This document shows, piece after piece, positions 12,390 to 25,429 of a DNA stretch of 64,000 nucleotides. The translations under genes and the position numbers were made by a program. The stretch is taken from NCBI GenBank assembly GCA_001938485.1, contig MQRK01248900.1, forward strand, positions 1 to 64,000. Direction: 5' to 3'. The stretch is from Girardia tigrina (Eukaryota). The stretch's first letter is position 1. Every line of letters begins with the position of its first letter. The notes under the pieces were generated by a model. It was not told the origin of the DNA, made no database searches, and saw only the letters and a program-made list of their open reading frames with translations.

Positions 12390-13985
12390 ATAAAATATTT
12401 AATAATTGTAAATGAATTTGAAAAACAATGGCAATTCGTTAAATTTAAACGTGGAAAGCCAATTGAAAATGTTTATTATTTTCGACGGCTTAACCGTCAC
12501 CGTCAGAACAACTATTGGGTGGAGGAATAAGTTCTCGCCGTTTTTTGAAAAATTAAAATTTTATTTTTTAACAAAAAAGTTACTACAAATTAATCACAAA
12601 TATAATCTCCGCCATTGTTCACGACTTCTTCCCTACGTTCAACGAGTTTTTCAATGCCTCTTTGATAGAAATCGCCCGTTCTTGACTCGAAGAATTCAGC
12701 CAATCAAACTTGCAGTTCTCCATCATTGTTGAACGAAACACCACGTAAAGCGTTAGAAAGCGAACGGAAAAGATGAAAATCAGATGGAACCAAGTCAGGT
12801 GAATACGGAGGGTGCGGTAACACTTCCCAACCAAGCGTTTGTATGGCTTCTTTTGTCATTCTGCCAATATGAAGACGTGCATTGTCGTGTTGCAAAATAA
12901 CGCCATGTTGTCGATCCGGATGTTTTTGTCTTATAGCGGCGTTGAGTCTATGTAGCTGTTGAACATAAAGTTCTGCGTTCACTATTTGGTTTCGAGCAAG
13001 CAATTCATAATGAATAATCCCTTTCCAACCGCACCAAACGCATAGCATTGTCTTTCGTGGATGAAGATCCTGTTTTGCTAGCGGTGTCGATTGTTCTTCT
13101 CGGCTACGCCATTCTTGGCGCTGTTTCATGTTGACGTACAGGCACAATTTTTCATCACCCGTTACAATTCGATAAAGAAATTGTTGCTTATGACCGTGAG
13201 TAGAGTGATGACGGGCAAGCAAACTCGCCGAAATTGTGGATCGCTGGTTTTTATTGTTTTCGGTCAATAGATAACCCAAAAGATTTCCTTAATTTTCCTA
13301 ACCCAAGCTCCCATTTTTTGAACTTTTCCCATTGATTTCAGGTGGTTCACGACAGTTTTTTGATCACAATCCATTTGTTCCGCCAATTCTCGAGTGATTT
13401 GACGCGCCTCTTCATGCAAAACTTTGTTCAAACGCTCTTCATCGAATTCATTTAGTCGTCCTGAACGAGGTGCATCCTTGAAGTCAAAATTGTCAATTTT
13501 AAATTTTGCGAACCAATCACGTGCGGTTCTATCAGCTATAGCACCTTCTCCGTATACAGCACAAAGCTCTCGGGCAGTGTCTGCGGCTTTGGCGCTTCGA
13601 TTATATGCAAACAATAGATGGTGTCGGAAATGCTCATTTTTGTCGACTTGACACTCCATTTCAATGGTCTAAAAATCGAAAAAAATTAATCTGAATAAAA
13701 AACAAAATACACCATTTTTTAGAGCAAAACAATAGCTTTCAAATAACATATAACATTACATCAAAAAATTTGATTTAAATATTAAATTGATTAAAAATTC
13801 GAAAAACAGTGGGAACTTATTCCTCAACCTAATATTTTTTTAAAAAGAAATGGACTTATATACTGCCAGTAATGATTATGTAATCAATACATCATCAATA
13901 AATTATTTAAAAACCCTCAATAAAGTTGTTGAGAGTGCATTTTGAACGTTAATTTTAGAATCCTATAAATAACGCGTCACATATA
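12390..13985 (-). mobile_element. Penelope-like 3' end/pseudo-LTR split by the mariner insertion
   Basis: Flanks 12390-12514 and 13833-13985 rejoin into a reverse-complement copy of ~46470-46720, carrying the GIY-YIG tail and a hammerhead-like motif at 12470-12507. Confidence 0.8.
12515..13832 (-). mobile_element. Full-length 1318-bp mariner element with frameshifted DD34D transposase (ATG at 13659)
   Basis: TA TSDs at 12513-14 and 13833-34. ~30-bp TIRs TTGGGTGGAGGAATAAGTTC / GAACTTATTCCTCAACCTAA. Motifs: HTH, GAWV, TGDEK, LQHDNAR, HPPYSPDLVPSDFHLF. Two frameshifts (~13290, ~12710). Confidence 0.97.
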
Positions 13986-14048
13986 TAAGATATAATTATG
14001 TATAAGATCCTAAAATTAACATTCAAAATAACTCATCAGAATAATAAT

Positions 14049-14088
14049 TTGCTTAGGAGGATCAATTATTTGATCGAAACACGTTCAA
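14049..14088 (+). ncRNA. Degenerate minimal type-I hammerhead ribozyme (Penelope-like)
   Basis: CUUAGGA (one mismatch to CUGANGA), stem II GAUCAA/UUGAUC, GAAAC-AC-GUU, 3-bp stem I UUG/CAA. Lies downstream of a PKINIQN endonuclease-tail relic. Confidence 0.65.
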
Positions 14089-15199
14089 CGATAGTTTTTC
14101 AAAATGTACTTTAATAAAATATCTATTTAAAAATATCACTAAATCATTAATATAATATTATACATTATATCAGTAAAATATATTTTAAAATTAAAATTTA
14201 TTTTCAATATTTTTTTCATTATATTATTTCATTGTATTCTTTTAGTATTGATAAAAAAAATTTTTTTTAATTATTCTTCATTTGTAAATTAATCTTTAAT
14301 AAAATTTGTCATTCAAGGCTTAAAATCTTATTTATTTTAGAATTTTATAAATTAAAAGCTTTTTAATAATGATTTAAACTTTTACTAAAATTCGGAATAT
14401 CCGCCGAGAAATCTTTCAGACATGAATTAATTAATAAAAATTACACTACGAAAATAAGGCATGTTATTTTTTATCAATTTTCCTTTTCATTAAATGATAT
14501 AATGATATAATTTTTCTAATTCTTTTTTTTTAAAAAAATTATTTATTATTCTAAAGAAGAGAATAACTTAAAAGACGTCATGAAAATAATTGACAATTGT
14601 AATAATCTTTAATTTTCCTTCTCAAATGTAAAATAATCATCTGGGAGTCTGTCTGGTGCAAAGTTTATGACAATATAGGAATAATAAACCACTAATATTT
14701 TTTGCAATTAAATAAAATTATTATACAGAGAAATATAAAAGTGATACCAGTTTTTCTCGGAAATCATTTACTTGATTTATTATATCTTGATACTTTAAGC
14801 ACTGCAATTCACAATTTTTTTAACCCGATGAAAAATTATCTTTATTTTATTTAAAATGAGTAAGAATTGCCCACCCTAATTCTTTGATTTATTCTCATTT
14901 AATGTTTGCAGTATGCGGTCCTGCTATGTAGATGTTAAACGTCTTTCCCGTAATGTTTTTAAAATTAAATGCGATAACTTATGAGTGTTAAATTTAGCAC
15001 GAGTCATTTGTTCATGTTTTAAAAGTTCGAAAGGAGCCACTTCCATTTATGCTTATTAGACAAACATTCAAAGGTTTCGAAGTCCCATTGGATATTTTTT
15101 CTGTCGAAATTAACTGTTCATTTTTTTTAAAATAGCCATTTATTGTGATAATACACTCTACATATGCTTATTCTTACTGTCAAGAGAGAAGGTATACGA

Positions 15200-15560
15200 A
15201 GTCAAGGTATTCGATTGTCGATGGCATGCCGCTGCGCCCCGGATAAATTTTATAAAAAATTTTGTTGCTAGGACCGATAGTGAACTTTGTCTCAGTCGCG
15301 AAAAGCTGTACAAAGGACCATGGTGGCCAAAAGGTAAACTTATGTTGTCTATCCAATCACGAATTTTGGTTTACCACTTTATTGGGAATCGTTGAACAAA
15401 CTGGTGATCTGTCTCTTGTGGTTCTTTAATAATGAACAATAAGCTGACGCTTTTTTCACTAATTTTTCGACTGTAGGAACGTCAGAATATGCTCGAAATT
15501 CTTAGCCATATTATCACATTTGACATTTTTATCACTACGATCAACACTGTCCCCATCGAC
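15200..15560 (-). pseudogene. Possible Helitron PIF1-helicase C-terminal relic
   Basis: Scrambled RFPIKV and FGHHGPLYSFSR resemble the QFPIRL and FSHGQLYVAFSR motifs. Confidence 0.4.
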
Positions 15561-15578
15561 GATTTTAATCAAATGATA

Positions 15579-16400
15579 CAGGGTTTTCCAATAAGAGGTG
15601 TTATTTTGAAATTCAAAGAAAAATCCATTTTTATAAGATAAATGATCGTATATTTATTACATTATAAAGAGGAAGCAATGTCGTTAGTCATGGTAAATAA
15701 CATCACTCAAATGACCACCACAACCACGCATACAGGACCACATCCGTTTTTATGAAATTTCGCATAACCAAATTGCAATGTGACTGCCCTATGTCCTCGA
15801 TAGCCTCATGAATTCCATATTTGAGATCTTGAATCGACGCTGGGCTGTTGACGTAGACCTCCTCTTTCATGTGGCCCCAAAGGAAGAAGTCGCTTGGTGT
15901 CACATCATAAGATCTCGTTGGCCAACTGTGATTACCTCTTCGAGAGATAACATGATTCAGAAACTTTTCCCGTAAAAGATTAATTGTTTCTTTGCTTGTG
16001 TGGCACGTAGCGCCGTCTTTTTGAAAGTAAACGTGATCCAGATTAATACCATCCAATTCCGGTCATAAAAAAAATTATTAATCATCTCTCGATAGCTCAA
16101 TCTATTCACCGTAACTGTTGCTCTAGCCTCATCGTCGAAAAGAAAAGGTCCAATGACCCCACCGAACCATAGACCGCACCAAACAGTCACACATTGAGGA
16201 TAAAGAGGCTTTTTAATAACAACTCTGGGGTTTTCTTAGCCCCAGATGCGACAATTTTGTTTGTTGACGAAACTACCAAGGTTGAAATGGGCCTCATAAC
16301 TAAATATGATTTTCTGGTGGAATTTCGGATCATTTTATACATTTCAAGGATCCAATCAGTAAAGACACGGCGTTGTTGATGATGTATATTGAGATGCAAT
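15579..16400 (-). mobile_element. Truncated DD41D (rosa/VS-type) Tc1/mariner element
   Basis: VWCGLWFGGVIGP; FQKDGATCHT...WPTRSYDVTPSDFFLWG with 41 residues between the 2nd and 3rd Asp. TA|CAGGGTTTTCCAATAAG TIR at 15579; frameshifted. Confidence 0.9.
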
Positions 16401-18699
16401 CATTTGCAGCGCGATTTTATTATTCACATAAATTAATCCATTTAAAAATCATGATCTAATTTCATCGTTCCTTCTGGTAATTCAAGGATAATTTTACTAT
16501 CAAAACCTATAACGTATTATTTTGCGACAAACAATTTTCTACATCAATAATACCTGATCAACAACTTTTTTCAAATAAAAAGCTTAAGGTCAATCCAAAC
16601 AAAAAACAACTTTTGGTAAGCTAACAAAAACAAAAATGAAATTAATTTAATTTTCTTTCCCTTTAGACAAAATCAAAATCTCAATTTAATTCATCTTTTT
16701 TTAGTTAAATTTATTTTTACAATTATTTTTTTTAATTTTATATTTTTTGAAATAATAATTATGAGAATAATTTGTAACGTCAATATCAGAATTCATTTTA
16801 CTTAAATTATATCTTTATTATAAAACAACTTTCAAACAAATTTTCCAACTATTTTCTTAATTAATAATTAATCCGCTGATCTCTATTTTCAAATAATTTT
16901 TCATCCATTCATAATTTTAATCAAATCAAAAATAACATTGAACTTTTTTAAACTTCTAAATAAAAATAGTTATTTTTTTAAATATTAAAATATTAAAAAT
17001 ATTATTAATAAAATATTAATTTTAAAGAAATATTTAATGTTTAAATTTGTTTTTTTACTTTAATCCTTTTATACTGTTTTTATAATTTCGTTTTTCAACT
17101 GAAATATTATATGCTGTTTTTTTTAATTTTGCGTTGTTTTTTTAACCATTTTAATATTTTATTATTTCAGAAATTTTTTGAAAATATATTATACTTAATA
17201 TTCAATTTTTTTATTTTTTTTAAATATTTAATTTTTAATCATATCATTAAATTAATTTAAAATAAGAAAATACATTTTTACAAATATCAAAAAAAATTTA
17301 ATATGATTTAAATTATTAAAAAAACTGTTTTGTCTGTTATCTGTTTTGATCAACTCATTTTGCTATTAAAATTTATTTTAATTCAAAATAAATTTATACA
17401 AAAGGTTTTTAAATTCAAATCTAAAATATTTAATATATTATAATTTATTTTTAAAATTTTCAACTTGATTTTAATTTAAAATAACCTGTTTAAAACTATT
17501 TAACTTTTGATCAGTCAACCAAAATTAATTACTTCCTCATAATAATAATTGATAAATTAAAAAAAATTTCTAATAACAATATATGTATGCGCAAAAGCTA
17601 TTTATAAGAAGGAAAATAAAATATGAAAAGTTATGATAAAATATAAAACAAATCATTTATTTAAAGTTCATATTTATAAAATAGTATTTTTACTCTTAGT
17701 CTGATAATGTCGAATTACAATTATTCAACAAAGTTATTACTTTTATTTTTCCCATCGAATTCTCTAATTGAATTTTGTATCTCCCCAACTTAATGTAATT
17801 CAATTCTAGTTGATATAGAATGCCAACAGTAAAGCGATAAAGAATTTCAGGCATGTTTCATAACATTATCTGAAGAAACGTTACAATGTTTCAAATTGTC
17901 AACTATTAGTTACCTTTATAATTTTTTTAAAAAAATTGCATGTACAATTTTGATTTTAGTGTCAAATAATATGTATACAACGCCCTCGCAAAAGTATTCA
18001 ACCATCCGGTATTATTATAAATTATTTTTTTGGTACCTGTGGGACTGGCATCCAACGGAAGTCGCTGGTTTTCCAGCCACTCAAACATGAGAAGGAACGC
18101 TGGAACAACGCTCGTCTTGCCGCTCGACACAAGTCGTCGGTGCAGCCGGTTCATTATCGGTTCGTTCGTTCGATTGGGAGCGACGACACCGTCGGTCGAC
18201 TCTCCTGTCGACTGTTGCGTGGGGCTCTCAATCCCAAATAACGCATCGATCGGATCGATGCCTGTTGTCGAGGGGAGCACTCTGGTTGGTTTGGCGATCG
18301 GGTGAATCACAAGGGACGGAGCGCGCAAACCCGGCGCGAAGTCCGAGTATCGGTAGGGACCGATCTGAGTTCTGAGACGAACGATCAGAATCCAACGGAA
18401 TTAACCGGTGCGACCGCAGTAGACAGCGACCGTAAAGTGGAGCGACGCCTCGTGCAAAGGTCCGAGCGGGAGATTCCCGTCAGTGGTGGGAGTGCTGTTT
18501 GAAAATAGCATAGTGTTACGAATTAAATGACATTAATAAATTAACATAGAGTCAAAAAGTATTCATCATTTATTAATTCAAATTTCTAACATTAATTGTA
18601 ATTATTTAAACAAGGTTGAATTTCTAACAGTCATTATTTTTAATTTCTAATCAGATTTTTTCGAATCGTATTTTTTTTGGTTGATTTAGAAGATCACTA

Positions 18700-19125
18700 C
18701 AGTACCGTAGCCGTTGGGCTGTGGGTGCACTCAATTATTAACCAGCATTATGGCATATGTTTGAGTGTCTCAGTAGAAAAGAAACCTGGTGGCGCCTATC
18801 TCTTCTCAAGGTATGGATGGCCGTTGGCTCCAAGGAGCTAATCCGCCCTTTGCTTGATTTTGTTTTTCAACCTGCTAGGTGTCCACACACTCTCTTCACC
18901 TAGGTTGCATTGGGTGAGGGAGCCGATTTCGTCGCCAACCATTCGACCATGGGACAAGTATTACAGGTTTATATGGTACCTGCAGCAGACAGCTTGCCTG
19001 ACCTGACCTGCAGTCAATGGCCCCGCCATTGCCTATTAGTCACCCATATAAGTACTAACGCGGCCGTTTGTTCCTTAACTTTCGAGATTGGACGAGATCC
19101 GCTGTACCCAACTGCGACCATTGAC
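18700..19125 (-). mobile_element. 5S rRNA-derived SINE (SINE3-like), ~425 bp
   Basis: Head 19125-19013: CGGATCTCGTCCAATCTCGAAAGTTAAG...GTTAGTACTTATATGGGTGAC matches the 5S A box, intermediate element and C box. No oligo-T terminator; continues into a ~310-nt non-5S body. Confidence 0.82.
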
Positions 19126-19569
19126 TACTTATAAATTACAGTACAACTCTAATTGCTTAAATAAAACAAAAGATATATAAAACAAGTTTTTTAAAGTATT
19201 TGTTTAAATTATATTAGTAATAAATCTTAAATATTAACAATTGTTTATAAAATTATATTTCATTTTTAAATATACTTTTATTTATTATAAAAAAAATTAT
19301 ATTTCATTTAATTTAATTTTGAGTTTATGTGTTAATTTTTAAATTACAGCAAATTTGTTTAATAGTTAAAAATGTTTTTAATTTATTAAAAGTGTATTTT
19401 TTGAAAAATATATTAATACAATTTTTTTAGTGTTTTAAGAATATTTTAAAATATATTTAATATATTTAAAATATATCTAATCAGAATTTTGAAAAATATT
19501 ATGTGTTTAATACATATTTCCTTTTGGTTTTATTTTTGTAATTTTATAAATCTGTTCTATCAATGGACG

Positions 19570-19615
19570 ACCAGCAGATGATGTTCTGATAAGAACGAAA
19601 CATGACGTAAATTGT
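19570..19615 (+). ncRNA. Degenerate minimal hammerhead motif (Penelope-like 3' end)
   Basis: CAGAUGA-U-GUUC ugauaa GAAC-GAAAC augac GUA, followed by AATAAA. Core U>A mismatch; stem I is weak. Confidence 0.5.
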
Positions 19616-20422
19616 TAAATAATAAATGGTTCCTTCGTTTTGGACTATATTAAACCAATTAAATGATATATATATTGTTGACTTGAACAGAGAAAGTGTT
19701 ACGGGAAATAATTATTTTCATTATTAAGTCAAAATCCTTCATGATTTAGTGTACACATAAAAAGATAAATAAATTTTAACGAATTTTGTTTTTTAAACAT
19801 TTATATGCGAATAAAAGCTGAAAATTAAAAGATTTTTGTTGAAACTAAGTGCATAGTGTCAATAATCATTTTTTTAGAATTGACCAAAATTATTTTTTAC
19901 AGGATTTCTCTAGCCTCAAATAGCTATAAGACACTTTATCAGAAAGTTCAGTTGGTTTGCGTTGATGAAATTTCAGATTGTTTGGGATTTAATGTGAAGA
20001 TAAAAATTACATGCGTGAAATTGAGAGTTTCTTAGAGATTGTTTATTGTTTGGTTATCAATTGTAATAAATGATGAAAAGATAAATTTATACATTTATAT
20101 ACAAAAGAACTAATCAATTAATTTCAGACATATCTTATGAAATATAGAAAATAGAAATAAATTATTAATTATATAAATATTTAAATTCGTAAGTAACGTA
20201 AGAAGTAATTTTTATTACAAACAAAATTCAAACAAATTTTCTAATTCCTTTAAAAATTTAATAATCGATTCGCCGCTCTTTATTTTTTAAATAATCTTTC
20301 TATTTAAGATCACGATTAAATGTTAAAGCTTATTATTAAAAACATTTAATCCAATTTTTAATAATAAGCCCTTGCTTCAAATGATGAATTTAATCTGTTT
20401 GAATTTAATTTTATTTATTCTA

Positions 20423-20468
<46 letters not shown>

Positions 20469-21210
20469 TATATATATAATTTTCTAAATATTAAGTTCAA
20501 ATGACTTCCATGTTTCATTAATTCAAATTTTTATTACAATTAATCATTCCAATTAACCTTAAATCATCAAAGCCAGGTCTAATTAAAGAGACAATAAATA
20601 ATGGAAAGGGCTGAGGTCGATGTAACAGTGGAAAAAATAGATATTTCATTTCCTGTTTTTCATTTATTTGTTATATAATGAATTATTTAGCAAAGTTGTT
20701 TAAAATATTAAGCTTGGTAAACTTGTACTAAAATATTGAACTGAAAAAGAATATAATATAAATTCAATGATAAAATCATGAAAAATATTTTTATTTATAT
20801 CGCCATAATTATTGAAAAAATATAATTTATAATTTTGTATAAATATTTGTACATAAAAATATTCTTTTCACCATTTTACATTGTAAAATCAGAAGCTATT
20901 TTCCTAATTTTTATTGTAAATAAAATTAATTTTTTCAACATATGTGTGTGTTTATGTGTGTGTGATTATGATAATTTATGATTTCAGACATTATTTATGA
21001 TCTCAGAAACTGATTTTTAATTTCAAAAGATTTTATCTCATTATATATGTTCTAATATTATTTTATAAATTTCAAAAATATAATTTTTTATTATAATTTA
21101 TCAATTATTATTTAAAACATACACTTAAATCTAAGAATAGTAGCGTAGCTCTATCAACTTAATAATGATTGGAAATTGTGTCTGTTAAATCTTCTTTCTG
21201 TCAAATAATA

Positions 21211-21261
<51 letters not shown>

Positions 21262-21311
21262 NNNNNNNNNNNNNNNNNNNNNNNNNNNNNNNNNNNNNNN
21301 NNNNNNNNNNN

Positions 21312-21357
<46 letters not shown>

Positions 21358-22341
21358 TCTAGTTTAAGTATATAATTTACGGTGCAATTACACAATGATA
21401 TTGAACATACGAGAGAAAAAAGACTTATCACTCATTGTTGGGGAGATACTTTTGGATGGAGACGCTGGAGGTTATTCAAATATAATTTTTATTAATGAAA
21501 ATTTGTTACGAAATTGAGAAAATTAATAACATTTAATTAGTATTTCTGGTCATACATTTGAATTATTATTTTCAAAGTTTTGGACGTCACATGGAGGGGG
21601 AGTCAAGATAAAGTGCAGTTTGAGACAAGAGGTAAAGACTTGTCTTAAACTCCTTTTTTCTATGCACTTCATAGTTGAACTTCACCAAAAATATTTTAAA
21701 TTAAAATTTGTAGTTTCTACAGAAAAAAATCAATATTTAGAAACATTCTAATCAATAATAAATAATTAAACATGAATGAAATACATTAATCTTAAAATAA
21801 TTACTTCTATTTAAGAAAATGTTACATCGTTTTATATATAGATATATATAAATTTTATATATAAATTCAATTTATAAACTGATTCAGCTTCATTTCAATT
21901 CTGTGGAGTGTTTACATTTTTCAGTCATTTTTCAAAATTAAATTATGATAATATATCTTAATTATATTCTAAAAAATAATTTATTAATAGAAATAAAAAT
22001 GAATTATTTTAATCAGTTTCCTTAATCGTAATTAATTACCATTTTAATTAATAATGTTCTCATTCAACGTCAATTAGAGATATTTTATTCAAACAGCACA
22101 TTTTATTATTAATAATAAATGAATGATTATTTTCTTCTTTTCTGGTTATTTTAAATTTGATTTTCTTTCCCTTTATAAAAATTTTCCCAAATAACATCAA
22201 AATCAAGTAATTAGAATGTATTTTAAATTGATAAAAATAATGATAATAATAACGATAATAATTACTAACAATAAATTGTTTACTAAGAAGCTATTTTTAA
22301 TTATATATTATTTTTAATAAAGTACACAATAATATAAAATA

Positions 22342-22621
22342 CAATATTTTCCGGTAGATAATGCGCACCTATTGTATAACGCGCAGCTCTTACTTTTTGG
22401 CATCTCTTTTTTATGTATAGATAACGCGCATAGCAAGCGTGCTGGTATACCTAAGAGTTATACATCATTATCCCGAGTATACCTAAGAGTTATACATCAT
22501 TATCCCGAGTATACCTAAGAGTTATACATCATTATCACCAGTATATTTTGACAGTTCATATTTTGACAAAATTTAACATTTTTGTATATATAACGGTGGG
22601 CGTTTTTACCGGAAAATACGG
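22342..22621. mobile_element. pogo/Tc1-type MITE with an internal 32-bp x3 tandem repeat
   Basis: TA flanks; TIRs CAATATTTTCCGGTA / TACCGGAAAATACGG. Unit GTATACCTAAGAGTTATACATCATTATCCCGA at 22445, 22477 and 22509. Confidence 0.8.
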
Positions 22622-23179
22622 TACTTAGTTGAGTCAATGAAAATATTTTGTATCAAATTTCTGACAACAGAACGTTGCCTGAATAATAATATTAATTTAA
22701 TAGTTTCTTTTCAAAATATATTCTTTTATTTATTCCCCCTTAATCGTTTCATTAAATTACATGAGTCATTTTTCATATGTAGAATCTTGATACAGCCAAT
22801 TTTATATTGTTTGATATAATGTACTATATGCTCAATTTAAAATATATTCATTCTACATATATTCTACATATGTATGATCATCAGCAAATATAAATTGTTT
22901 CAACAAATTATGAAAATAAAACAAAGAACAAAAAAAATTGTAAAATAAAATTATCAAATTTTACTTCATGTAAATATTATGAAATAATATTGAAGAATTT
23001 TATTTATTTAAATAAACACAGTGATGTCTTAAGTTACCAATTCTGAAGTTTAATTAATGGGTTGAATTGGCTTATCAATAATGATTCACAGAACTGTCTC
23101 TCAAAATGTGAATAAAAATCCTTTTGTAATATAGCAAATACATCCTTAGAAATAGAATAGGTTCTATTCTTACTATGCA

Positions 23180-24870
23180 ATCAATTATCAAGATCGATTT
23201 GTCTCTACTATGCAACCGCCCTGACAACGCGTATTAGTTTGTAGATGCATTAGTGCACAGAGTAAAAAACGGCATGACCAAAGGATGCAGGTATGAGAAC
23301 TTTCAGAGCCCTCGTTTGTCTTGGCATACCACATCTTAAAGACCAGTTATTATTTCTGTACCAATGATTTAACAATTCTTCTGTTGAACCTACACTTTTT
23401 GTATAATATGCAATGCGATAAAAAGTCCATACCTATTTCATGTCGCCAAGCCGGATAATTTTCTTTTCATTGAATATTTTTCCTGGTCCTTTTTTAGTTA
23501 AATGCACATTTAGTTGATCAATCTGAATTTTTTATCATATTTTTTGTTAGCTATCCACTTGTTTTATAATTCTGACTCAAATAATGCATTGAGCATAGAA
23601 ATAAACTGCATCATATTATTGGTGATGAGATGTTCAAGTTGTTCAACACCCGGATATAGTACAATCAATCATAGCTATACAATGTGGAATCATTTTCAGA
23701 TAAGTAATATTGTTTTTTCTATAAATCGTGATTTCTATCTCGTATTAAACCGTATTAAATCTCGTATTTAATCCAATGTTTGAATTCCTCCCCATTTCGA
23801 GATTGAACTGCGATGTCTATACTTAAACTTTTTAATTTCTCTTTTACATCAAAGTAACTATAGCACATCCTGATCCATCCTTTCATATGTCAACACATTC
23901 TTACGCCCGCTGATTTCACTTCTGTCCGATATGAATTATGTATTTGAATTGTGTAAATATGTTTCGTGTATTCATTGAACTAATTACACTTTTTAAGTAA
24001 TATAATTTTCGATTTACTCAGTTTAATTTATAAAAAACCATCAGAATATGGCTTTTTCACAATTGGTTTAAAAGTCTCTTCCAAATCAACATTCTTGATC
24101 TTACTTGTTTAACTTTCTTCATTCTCTTTGTTCAATACTTCCTTCCACATTTTATCAAAAGCACTTTCAGAGTTAATAATTTTATTCAGTCTTTTCTTCA
24201 AAATATCAAAACCTTTGTGAGCTAATTTAAAGGTTGGAGATAAAGATCATACTTTGTTTATCAAATCTCTGATAAGACCACTTGGAGCGGAAAATGATAT
24301 GGTTGACCGAGCATTCATAACTCTGTAGAAGTATATCTTCACTTTGAAAATCCTACTATGAATTCGTGCCATATTTCGTCTGGTTGTTTATAAATTCAAC
24401 TCAATCAAAACAATCATGTAGTATAGCATCCTTTATCATTTCATTGAAGACAATGTTGAATAAACAAGGTCGCATTAGATACCCCTGCTTGACATCCATA
24501 TTCATTTTGAACTCACTTTCTTCAATGAAGGCTGTAAAAACCAAACTTAAAAGCTTTATCCGATCGAGCCTTTTTTCCGAAGTTACCAATGTTTTAAACA
24601 TGCTCAGTGAACTTATTTAGGTGCTCTGTTCAAGGTTTATCGTTAAATCATGCTGAGAATACTAATTACTTTCATAAGGCCTCATTAAGGTCTGAAACCG
24701 CATTGCTATTAATCTAATATATTTCCCATTAAAAGTGTTTGTTCATTTACAAAATTCTTGCAAAGATTTTACCTTTCCACTTTTACAGAAAAAGTTACTG
24801 TAAATGTTTGCATCTGAATGACTGCCTTTTTTTGAATAGGGATTTTACTCTAACTAACTTCCTTTCAACC
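23180..24870 (-). pseudogene. Degenerate non-LTR (RTE-like) reverse transcriptase, probably interrupted by a Gypsy fragment (~24000-24260)
   Basis: FKMNMDVKQGYLMRPCLFNIVF matches the GVKQGCxLxPxLFN RT motif. Boundaries are approximate. Confidence 0.6.
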
Positions 24871-25429
24871 AGATCAATTTAAAATCCTTTTTAAGTTTCT
24901 TGCATAACCGGTCGCCTCCTTTCTTGATAATATCCACTTCATTCGTGCTAACCCAATCCCCTCAATCAACCGTTGCTGCATACTCATCGAACACTGACAA
25001 AAAATAAGTAAAGTGGGAGTTTCCGTGGCGGTTCCCATTTGCAAAAAAATAAGGATAAGACATAATCGGATACAAAATTTATTGATCACAAAATAAATTT
25101 TACACGATTTTTCGGCAGTTCGCTCACGGTTAAAAACATGTCTAAATTGGTTTGAATTTGTGACACTCGAATTATCTCCTTTGAAACATTAAAACAATTG
25201 TTTTCGTTTCTTTTATTTACATATTTAATTTCATGTGGAAAAATTCTTGGGTCGATTTATCCCGATATTCATTGTGAAAAAAAAACTTCTGGGAATTTTA
25301 ATTTTGTAATTATTAAATAGTTTTGCCACAACAAAAAAATAAAAGAAATTTAAATTACATTTAAATAATATTTAAATTTGTGAAAATTTTAGCGTGGTTT
25401 GATTTTTTGTTGGAAATGTTCACTACAAT

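Noticed and set aside
19013-19125. Functional 5S rRNA gene
   Set aside because: Diverged and shortened, lacks an oligo-T terminator, and is fused to a non-5S body; better explained as a SINE head or pseudogene.
22445-22543. 32-bp repeats as a CRISPR array
   Set aside because: Head-to-tail with no spacers, inside a eukaryotic MITE, and no cas genes.
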